This document shows, piece after piece, positions 1-7,883 of a stretch of 64,000 bases of DNA. Origin of the DNA: Acidobacteriota bacterium (GTDB lineage: Bacteria > Acidobacteriota > UBA6911 > RPQK01 > JAJDTT01); NCBI GenBank assembly GCA_965217775.1, contig CBDCJH010000002.1:4000001-4064000 (forward strand), in the 5' to 3' direction. The notes beneath the pieces are model-generated. The model made no database searches and was not told the origin of the DNA. It worked only from the letters and a program-made list of their open reading frames with translations. Positions within the stretch are counted from its first letter, which is position 1. Each line of letters begins with the position of its first letter. The position numbers were made by a program, and so were the translations under genes.

Positions 1-144
1 CGGAACGACCTTGGACCTGTCCGTGGCAGGAGATCGGCGGGTCTCTTCCACGCCATCCGACTGAGACCCGCAGGCTCCCGTGATGCCGCCGATGGCGCCG
101 GCCATCCCGGCGACCTTGAGAAAATCTCTTCGTTTGGTCTCCAT
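1..144 (-). CDS. Tat-exported lipoprotein, N-terminal part (runs off the window start)
   Basis: Manual translation METKRRDFLKVAGMAGAIGGITGACGSQ...: twin-arginine motif, lipobox-like TGAC, GAGGAGG RBS upstream. Confidence 0.7.
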   Translation of the reverse strand, partial: METKRRDFLKVAGMAGAIGGITGACGSQSDGVEETRRSPATDRSKVVP

Positions 145-214
145 TGCCTCCTCGAAACCGGATCGGATTCTCCAGGGTCTCCCAGCGCCTGTCCTGCCGC
201 CGGATGAGGGCCTG

Positions 215-946
215 TCAAGTACCTCCAGCGACGGTTTTTCCCCGGATCGCCAACTCGTCCATGGCCAGCCGGCCCTCGACCTCTGCGGAGAATCCCAGGA
301 AAGAAAACCCGTACATATTGCAACGTCCCAGCACTTCATCCAGGCTGCCCGGGCGCGCCCGGTCGCGGGCCCAGCTTCGATGCCAGAGCCGTTCGTCGTT
401 TTTCAATGTGATCGTCTGCTTGTCTCCCCAGTCACCTTCCTGGACATTGAAAGGGTGAGCCGTGTAGTGCCATCGAGTTCCTACGGGACTGTTCACGACC
501 CAGAAATACACCTTTGCCCCTTTCAGACTTAACCCATCCCCTCTCAAGTAGACCGAGAGTTCCCCGCCGCGCAGGTCGACGACAAAGCGGCGGCGGGACG
601 CGGACGAAGTCCGAGCCAATCGGGAGGGATTCGGACCAGACCAGATGAAGGGCAGTATCGAGTCCGGCTCTTCCGGCGTATCGACCCGCCAACGGCTGTC
701 GTCTCCCCAGACGAAGCCCGAATCTCCGACCCCACCCGTACGCTCCCAGGAAACCGGGTAGTAGTAGCTTGGGTATCTGCTGCCCGCGATCCCCCCGTGG
801 TAGTCGTATATTCGCCAGCCCTCGGCTCCATCGTCAAAGCTGTCGACCATGAGGAGAGTTGGATCTGTCCGACAGGCGAACGAGAGGAGGCACACAAACA
901 GGAGCGCCCATCCAACACCCACTTCAGGTCTTCCGGCTGGAGTCAT
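215..946 (-). CDS. Hypothetical lipoprotein (possible beta-sandwich/carbohydrate-binding fold)
   Basis: Hydrophobic N-terminus with LSFAC lipobox; start overlaps the end region of the upstream gene, same strand. Confidence 0.6.
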   Translation of the reverse strand: MTPAGRPEVGVGWALLFVCLLSFACRTDPTLLMVDSFDDGAEGWRIYDYHGGIAGSRYPSYYYPVSWERTGGVGDSGFVWGDDSRWRVDTPEEPDSILPFIWSGPNPSRLARTSSASRRRFVVDLRGGELSVYLRGDGLSLKGAKVYFWVVNSPVGTRWHYTAHPFNVQEGDWGDKQTITLKNDERLWHRSWARDRARPGSLDEVLGRCNMYGFSFLGFSAEVEGRLAMDELAIRGKTVAGGT

Positions 947-964
947 GCTGATCGGACCACTGCG

Positions 965-2278
965 TTACAGCTTCCTGACCCTTGCCTTGCGCCCGAGAAT
1001 CCGTTTGCACGGCGATCCATAGTATTCCTCTCGTTCATCGTAGACGACAAAAAGCTCGCCGGGCCGTATCTCCCGCACGGTCGTATAGGCACCGGTGACA
1101 CCCGAGGAGACTCGGGTGACGTGTCCCCAGGTCTCACCCTGATCCAGGCTGAAGGCCAGAAAATTCCCGTCGTCCTTTACGGCGGGTTTGTGCCCGAAGC
1201 TGACGGCGAGAACGCCGTCGGTCATTTCGATCAGACTCGGAGCGACTCCAACTAGCTCCAGCTCCCTGGGTTCGCTCCAGGTTTGGCCATCGTCATCGGA
1301 AACCGCCTGGTACAAGGGATTGTTTCGTCCCGTGCGCATCAGGCAGATCAACCTTCCGGGATGGCGGCCTCCAGTCAGGCGAATCATGCAAGGCTCAGCA
1401 AACCCCTCTTGGCCAACATTCCCCACTGCGATGTTGGACAGATAGGTCCATTTCCGTCCCTGGTCTTCCGAACGCACCAGGAAGGACCTGAACTTCTTCA
1501 TGTCCGGCGCCTGACCGCCGGAGAATTCGGAAGCGACGGTGTCGGCTTCGAAGGAACCATACATGGTCGCCAGGAGGGCTCCGTCTGGAAGCTCAATCAC
1601 CGAGCGGAAGAAGATCACTCCTACGATGACCGAGTTGTGATCCCCGATCTGGGTCGGTTTCGCCCCCGGGACATGCAGATAGGTCTCTTCGGGCCCCGCG
1701 ACGGTCTTCCAGTCATCCCGGGAGCGCCACATTCGGCCCGCGAACCAGCCCCCTCTCGGCTTCCCTTCGATCCCATATTTTCCTTCAGTGAACAGAGGTT
1801 CGGGCTCCTTGTCATAGATCAGTATGGTTCCGTTTCGCAACTCGATCATCGAACCTTGCGACGCCGGTCCCACACAGCCCGAACAGTACAGATGGTCGCA
1901 CACCTCCGCCAGCTTGGGTGCGGCAGCGGGCGTGACCCGGATCCCTTTTTCGGGAGCCCAGATCTGCCAGGTTTCACCATCGTCAGTGGACCGGACGGTC
2001 AGGGGAACCCCTGGTCCCGAGATCGGCCGGTTCCAGGCGGGGCGAATGCGCGCCCCGGTGGGGAAACGGCAGACGTACCCATTCACGACGAGCGTCCCCT
2101 GCCGGGAACGAAACATGAATGGGAAATTGCCTCCGGGGACGACCGTCGATTCCGCCTCCAGCAAAACTTCCAGCCGCACATCCTGGGCGTATAGAGGTCC
2201 TACCCGCGCCGTCCAAACCATCAGACAGAGCCAAATCAGACTCTGAATCACCACACTCCGACCCATGTGTTTCGACAT
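965..2278 (-). CDS. Secreted BNR/Asp-box (sialidase-like) beta-propeller protein
   Basis: Signal peptide; Asp-boxes STDDGETW, SRDDWKT, SEDQGRKW, SDDDGQTW, SLDQGETW. Confidence 0.85.
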   Translation of the reverse strand: MSKHMGRSVVIQSLIWLCLMVWTARVGPLYAQDVRLEVLLEAESTVVPGGNFPFMFRSRQGTLVVNGYVCRFPTGARIRPAWNRPISGPGVPLTVRSTDDGETWQIWAPEKGIRVTPAAAPKLAEVCDHLYCSGCVGPASQGSMIELRNGTILIYDKEPEPLFTEGKYGIEGKPRGGWFAGRMWRSRDDWKTVAGPEETYLHVPGAKPTQIGDHNSVIVGVIFFRSVIELPDGALLATMYGSFEADTVASEFSGGQAPDMKKFRSFLVRSEDQGRKWTYLSNIAVGNVGQEGFAEPCMIRLTGGRHPGRLICLMRTGRNNPLYQAVSDDDGQTWSEPRELELVGVAPSLIEMTDGVLAVSFGHKPAVKDDGNFLAFSLDQGETWGHVTRVSSGVTGAYTTVREIRPGELFVVYDEREEYYGSPCKRILGRKARVRKL

Positions 2279-2404
2279 TCCTGTCCGGCTCCTTTACAGA
2301 ACGATAGGCCTCGCGCACGAGCGCACGTTCGCCTCACTCCAAGATCGAGTCCCGCCGGACCCCGGTATTCCTGTGTTGCGGCCGACGGCAGTCTTCCCCG
2401 TGGT

Positions 2405-5400
2405 CTACCAGAGCAGCTTCAAACCGAATTGGAGTTCCCGGGGATTCGTGGACGTGCTGATGCTCCGTCCAAACCGGTTTGCGTCCGGATCATTGCGAGG
2501 ACCTGAGAAATTCGGATGGTTCGCCGCATTGAACGACTCAAAACGAAATTCAAGAGTCATGGACTCCGTCACTGCAATTCGCTTTGAAAGCCCAAGATCC
2601 CAAAGGTGGAGGCTGTTGCCCCGCAGGAAATTCTGACCGGCGTTACCGAACCGAGGCGGTTGCCGGGGATGGGCGGGATTTCGCGGCCAATCGTATGCAG
2701 TGATGTCGAAGGCGGGTCTATCGACGCCGTTCCCTCCCATGTTCGGATCCCGGAGCCGATCGGGGTAGCAACGATTGAAAAATGAGGAATTGCAGTTGGC
2801 CCCGTTGATCCATCCGGCGGTCAGGGGAAAACCGCTTCGGTAGGTGAATATGTTGCTCAGACGCCACCCCCCGAACAACATTCCCGCAAGACCCTTCCAA
2901 TTTCTGCCGAACGGCAATTCGTAGATGGAATAGAAGGTGAGCCGGTGCTTGACATCGTCAGGTGAGTGGTTGACTTCTCCCTTGAGATCTCCGGGATTCT
3001 GGATCAGCCCGATGTGACTGGAGATGGTGCGGGACCCACGGCTTGCCAGGGATTTTCCCCAGGTGTACGCCGCCTTGAAGGACAGACCCTTGCTGAACCT
3101 CTGTTCGGCCGAAAGAATCATGGAATTGTAATTGGCGTTTCCACCGGCCGCGAAGCCGAACAGGCGGTTCCATTTCGGAAAAGGCACACGAGTGGCCAGA
3201 GAACCGGGGCCCGCCGGTGCGTAATTGATGTCGAACGAATTCTCGAGGTGAGTCGATTTCGATCCCAGGTATTGAGCCTGGAGAACCAGATCCGAGCTCA
3301 ACTCCCGGCTGATGCTCAGGCTCCACTGCTGTGTATAGCCGTTGAGAAAATGGTCCTGCAAGGGAGTGCCGGGAAACCCGAACGTCGATCGTCGCAGGAA
3401 ATCGGTCGCCGCCCCCGACAGGTCGCTGGGCCCCCCGTAGCTCAGAGTCGGCACGTTGACCTCGGACCGGAACGTTCCCCACGTGGTAGAAGGTGGAGCC
3501 GAGGTGACGTTGTTCATCAGATTGATGATTTCCGTGAGGTTGTAGAACCACCCGTAGCCTCCGCGAATCACAGTCGAAGTATTGGCGAACGGTCGGAACG
3601 CAAATCCGATTCGGGGAGCGAAGTTGTTCTTGTCCGGGAACATGGCCGTCTCCCGGTCCAGGAAACCCCAGGGCAGATCGGGCCGTTGGTTGGTGTAGAA
3701 CGGCTCGGCGGTCGTGTTCTGGTCGGGATAGCGGAGACCTCCCAGCTCGGCGTCGAACTTCGGGGTGAATCCCGACGCTTCCCGCGGAAAGCTCTCAAAC
3801 TCGTAGCGGAGACCGAGGCTGACAGTGAGCCTCGGGGATACCCGCCAGTCATCCGCCAAGTAGACGGAAAAGCCCGTTTGAGTGTAGAAGGCCTGCGGAT
3901 TCGGCGTTATCGGCAGGATCATGGTCGCGGGAATTCCGAGCAGGAAATCCGCGAAACCGTCCCCAGTGAACTGGCCGCTGAAGGTGTAGGTTCCGTTGGT
4001 ATGGGTGCCCCGGAAAGCATAGGCATCGTGAACCCGCTTGAAGGCGCCTCCGGTCTTGATGATGTGGTTTCCATGTACGTAGGTGATCGCTTCGCTGAAA
4101 TGAAAATCCGTGACCCTCGTCACTCGAGGATTGGCGGGCCTCAAGCGGTCTACGGACGTTCGGCTGAACGAGATGCTCGGGAATCGATCACCGGGAGGCT
4201 CCGCAGGAAAGGGCAGGCCCAGGGTATTTCCGATCCCGATGCCCTCATTCTGAGACATGGCATCATTCTCGGTCCGGTTGAGGCCAAAGCGGATTTCATT
4301 GATGAAGTTCGTGCTGAAGTTACTCGTCAGGCCCACCACCGTGTTGTGAAATAGCTGGGGGAAATTGATGCCGCCGACCTTGGGATTGGTTCCAGGTGTG
4401 AAGCGCCGGATGTCCTGCAGAGCGAATCGTCCCGTCAGGTCATGATTCTCCGACAGTTCATGGTCCACCCTGAACAGAAGGTTGTCGTGGTCAAAGGTTC
4501 GTGTGGGGCTCCGTTGGAAATTGTCAGTCCCCGGCGCGTTCGGCGCCGGATAGAACTCCATAATTCTCGTGGAGATCGGATCGATGCGATTCTGCGGTAT
4601 CACGCCGGACGGAAAAGGTTCTCCGGTCATCGGATCAAGGATCGTCTTGCCGAAGGCCGAAAGATTTCCAGCTTTCTGCTCTGCCGTGGGAACGGTCTCT
4701 CGTCCCGTCAGTCCTCGGCGCTCTCGGAATCCCTCGTAGGTGACAAAAAAGAAGGTTCGGTCCTTGATGATGGGGCCGCCCAGAGAACCCCCGAACTGGT
4801 TGAATACCAGCTGAGATTTGGACCTGGCAAAGAAGTTGACGGCGTCCAGGTTGTCGTTCCGGTGGAATTCGTAGAGGCTGCCGTGGAAGTCGTTGGTTCC
4901 GGACTTGGTCACGACATTGACGATGGCGCCGCCGCCGCCGCCGAACTCGGCGGAATATTGGCCCACCTGCATGCGGAACTCTTGAATCGCGTCTACCGGG
5001 GGCGCCACGTTATAGGTCCTCCACATCTGATCCATGTTCTGGACGCCATCCAGATAGTAGGCGTTGTTCGCCTTGGCCTGCCCGGCAACTGAAGGGTTCA
5101 GCGGCTTTGCGGTGATGCCCCTATTCTGGGAAGAGCTCCCTTGGCCTCTCGTGGTTCCCCCCGTGAGAGTGGTCAACTCCATGAAGTTTCTTCCATTCAA
5201 GGGGAGGTCCAGGATGGCTCGCTCCGTGACCACGGACCCGATGGCTGCCTTCTCCGTCTCAACCACCGGCGCCCTGCCCGTTACACTGACCACCTCCGTG
5301 ATATCCCCGAGCTGCAAGGTGATATCGATTCGGGCCTCCTGCGCCACCTGCAGCGTTATCCCGGTCAGGACCGCCCTCTTGAACCCACTCAACTCGGCAG

Positions 5401-5653
5401 CAACCTCGTAGCTGCCGGGCAGAAGGTTGGTCACCACGTACATGCCGGCGTCACCGCTGATCGCGGTACGTGAAGTCCCCCGCTCCTCACTCGTGACCGT
5501 AATGTCGACTCCGGGGACGTACGCTCCTCCGGGGTCCCGGACGGCGCCCACGATGCCGGCTGTCGCTACCGCTTGGGCTCGCCCCGCCTGGATCGACAAG
5601 AAAAAGAACAGGGCCGACAATAGGACGAAGCGAAAATTAGGACGATTATTCAT
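2405..5653 (-). CDS. TonB-dependent receptor with N-terminal carboxypeptidase-regulatory-like domain
   Basis: Signal peptide; GAVRDPGGA..PG, LPLNGRNF, VTKSGTNDFHGS, DKNNFAPRIGFA; C-terminus PRELQFGLKLLW. Confidence 0.92.
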   Translation of the reverse strand: MNNRPNFRFVLLSALFFFLSIQAGRAQAVATAGIVGAVRDPGGAYVPGVDITVTSEERGTSRTAISGDAGMYVVTNLLPGSYEVAAELSGFKRAVLTGITLQVAQEARIDITLQLGDITEVVSVTGRAPVVETEKAAIGSVVTERAILDLPLNGRNFMELTTLTGGTTRGQGSSSQNRGITAKPLNPSVAGQAKANNAYYLDGVQNMDQMWRTYNVAPPVDAIQEFRMQVGQYSAEFGGGGGAIVNVVTKSGTNDFHGSLYEFHRNDNLDAVNFFARSKSQLVFNQFGGSLGGPIIKDRTFFFVTYEGFRERRGLTGRETVPTAEQKAGNLSAFGKTILDPMTGEPFPSGVIPQNRIDPISTRIMEFYPAPNAPGTDNFQRSPTRTFDHDNLLFRVDHELSENHDLTGRFALQDIRRFTPGTNPKVGGINFPQLFHNTVVGLTSNFSTNFINEIRFGLNRTENDAMSQNEGIGIGNTLGLPFPAEPPGDRFPSISFSRTSVDRLRPANPRVTRVTDFHFSEAITYVHGNHIIKTGGAFKRVHDAYAFRGTHTNGTYTFSGQFTGDGFADFLLGIPATMILPITPNPQAFYTQTGFSVYLADDWRVSPRLTVSLGLRYEFESFPREASGFTPKFDAELGGLRYPDQNTTAEPFYTNQRPDLPWGFLDRETAMFPDKNNFAPRIGFAFRPFANTSTVIRGGYGWFYNLTEIINLMNNVTSAPPSTTWGTFRSEVNVPTLSYGGPSDLSGAATDFLRRSTFGFPGTPLQDHFLNGYTQQWSLSISRELSSDLVLQAQYLGSKSTHLENSFDINYAPAGPGSLATRVPFPKWNRLFGFAAGGNANYNSMILSAEQRFSKGLSFKAAYTWGKSLASRGSRTISSHIGLIQNPGDLKGEVNHSPDDVKHRLTFYSIYELPFGRNWKGLAGMLFGGWRLSNIFTYRSGFPLTAGWINGANCNSSFFNRCYPDRLRDPNMGGNGVDRPAFDITAYDWPRNPAHPRQPPRFGNAGQNFLRGNSLHLWDLGLSKRIAVTESMTLEFRFESFNAANHPNFSGPRNDPDANRFGRSISTSTNPRELQFGLKLLW

Positions 5654-5927
5654 TGTGCTCCTCCCGCGGGAGACGCTCCATTTAGGTGAGGCAGCGCCGC
5701 AGATTTGCTGGAGGGCAGTTTCCCGCCGTCGCCCGAGTGAAGCGGCTCCGAACTTCAGTTATGAAGGTTGGTCTTTGAAGGTGAGTGTAACTCTGGAAGA
5801 AGTCGGAGTCAAACCTACAAGTTCAGGAGGGTGCACGACACGAAAGTGATGCTGGTCGTGAAGGCCAGAGAACGTCGGAGATTGGGCTTAGACTCTCTGA
5901 CAGTTACTATAACTGTCAGAGAGGGGC

Positions 5928-6353
5928 GTGCCCATGTCCCCAGATCTTTCCCCTCAGCGCCAACTCCAACGACGACGCCAGCAGTTGTTGCAGGCCTTGC
6001 TCGAACTCGGCGATCTCCGGCCCGGGTCCCTGGTGGCCCGTTACCGCCGTTGCGGCAAGTCCAACTGTCACTGCGCCCAGCCCGGCGACCGGGGCCACGG
6101 GCCCAGTTTCTCCTTGACCCGTCGCGTGGCGGGCAAGACCGTGACCAAGATCATTCCCCCGGGGCCAGCCGTCCAACGGACTCGAGAGCAGATCGACGAA
6201 TATCGCCGATTGCGGAGCTTGGTGAAGGAGTTGGTGGAGGTCAGCGAGCAGATTTGTCAGGCTAAGCTGGACGCCTCTCCGGCCCGGAAGGGCCAAAAAA
6301 AGGGCTCCAAAAAACGCTGGCCCAAGAAATCCAGCGAGAAGTCCGGACCCTGA
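5928..6353 (+). CDS. IS ORF A (DUF6788-like Zn-finger protein), probable N-terminal partner of the transposase
   Basis: RRCGKSNCHC...GHGP motif; A7G slippery run at 6295-6302 near its 3' end. Confidence 0.8.
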   Translation: MPMSPDLSPQRQLQRRRQQLLQALLELGDLRPGSLVARYRRCGKSNCHCAQPGDRGHGPSFSLTRRVAGKTVTKIIPPGPAVQRTREQIDEYRRLRSLVKELVEVSEQICQAKLDASPARKGQKKGSKKRWPKKSSEKSGP

Positions 6354-7646
6354 TGGGACCCGCGGCCGCCGCCGCCCTGGACTTTGAAGCGCTGGAGACA
6401 GCCCTCCGGCGTCAAGTCCTCGAGCTGGCGGCCCGGACGGTGGAAACGCATCTGAACCAGGATCATTCCGACGCCACTCCCCGCCACAACTGCTCCTGTG
6501 GAGGGAGCGCGCGCTACGCGGGTCGGGGGACCAAAGAGTTCGTCACCGTGCTGGGACCGATGCGATTGGCGCGCGCCTACTATCACTGTGGGGATTGCGG
6601 CCATGGCTTCTGTCCCCGAGATCGAGCGCTGGGACTGGAGGGGAGTTCCTTGTCTCCCGCCCTGATGCGGATGGTGGGGGCGGTCGCCTCCATGGTCAGC
6701 TTTCAGGAAAGCAGTCAGTTGTTGGAGGAGTTGGCCGGAGTGGACGTGGGGACCAAACAGGTGCAGCGGTCGGCCCAGGCTCTGGGAGAGCAAGTCGCGG
6801 GCTATGAACGCCAGACCCGGGAGCCCGACTCGGGGCTCCCTTTGCCCTCGACGCTCTATCTGGGCCTGGACGGCACCGGGGTGCCGATGCGATCGACCGA
6901 GGTGCAGGGGCGGGCGGGCAAACAGCCTGATGGGTCGGCCCGAACCCGGGAAGCCAAGCTCTGTACGGTCTGGAGCGCCGAGCGACGGGACGCCCAGGGT
7001 CGGCCCCAGCGCGACCCGCACTCGGTCACCTACACCGCGGCCATCGAGAGCGCCGCCACCCTGGATACGGACCCCCAGCTTTCGGAGTTCGCGAGAGCGA
7101 GTCGAGCGCGAAAGCCAACGACGCCGTTTTGGGCAAGCGCCACGGCAAGTCGTCCTGGGAGACGGAGCGAGGTGGATCTGGAATCTCTCCGGCGAGCTCT
7201 TCCCGGAGGCGGTGCAGATTGTCGATCGTTTTCACGCCAAAGAGCGACTCCATGCGCTCTCGAAGAGTCTGTATACCGACCGCCAGTCCGGGCAGGAGTG
7301 GGCGCAAAAACGTTGCACGGAACTCGATTCCGGTCGGATCGAGAACCTCCTGTCGGTCCTCGCCACCGAGGCCTCTCATCACGAGGAGGGAAAAGCGGCC
7401 TGCACTTATTTCCAAGAGCATCGACATCGCATGCGTTACGCCCAGTTCGAGGCCCAGGGACTCTGTACCTCAACCGGGGTGGTGGAAGCCGGATGCAAAA
7501 ACGCCATCGGGGCACGACTCAAACGTTCCGGGATGCATTGGAGTGTGCGGGGAGCTAATTCGATCATGGCTCTTCGGTGCGTTCGGCTCAGTGGGCGTTT
7601 TGAGGACTTCTGGGAATGGCGAGCCAATTCCAAAGCCGCAGCTTGA
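6353..7646 (+). pseudogene. ISKra4-family DDE transposase with an internal +1 frameshift near 7094
   Basis: CSCG..ARY, YYHCGDC, LGLDGTGVPMR in one frame; VLGDGARWIW, IVDRFHAKE, TGVVEAGCK, RLKRSGMHWS in the next frame (6804..7646 ORF). Confidence 0.85.
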
Positions 7647-7883
7647 TCCGGTCGTCACTTTTTTGTCGTGCACCCAGTTCAGGAGTTCCCAATCCTATGG
7701 AGGGGATCGGGGAAGCAGTTTGGATCGAGGATCAGTTGGAGGGGGGCCGATTCCGTTGGAGCGACGCGCGATTCCGGTTTTGCTCTCACACCTTCGGACC
7801 TCCATTCGGGCCTCCATTCGGGCGCCCGCGAGGCTCCGGCGTGCGACGAATCGATGAAGTTTCTGGTCAGGCCGGGTGGGTTT

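Larger units (their letters stand above)
5829..7675 (+). mobile_element. Insertion sequence, ISKra4 family
   Basis: 21-bp TIRs GGGTGCACGACACGAAAGTGA (5829-5849) and TCACTTTTTTGTCGTGCACCC (7655-7675), 2 mismatches; 9-bp TSD AGTTCAGGA at 5820-5828 and 7676-7684; transposase inside. Confidence 0.93.

Noticed and set aside
7799-7822. 12-bp tandem duplication CCTCCATTCGGG x2
   Set aside because: Only two units, intergenic; most likely a slippage product
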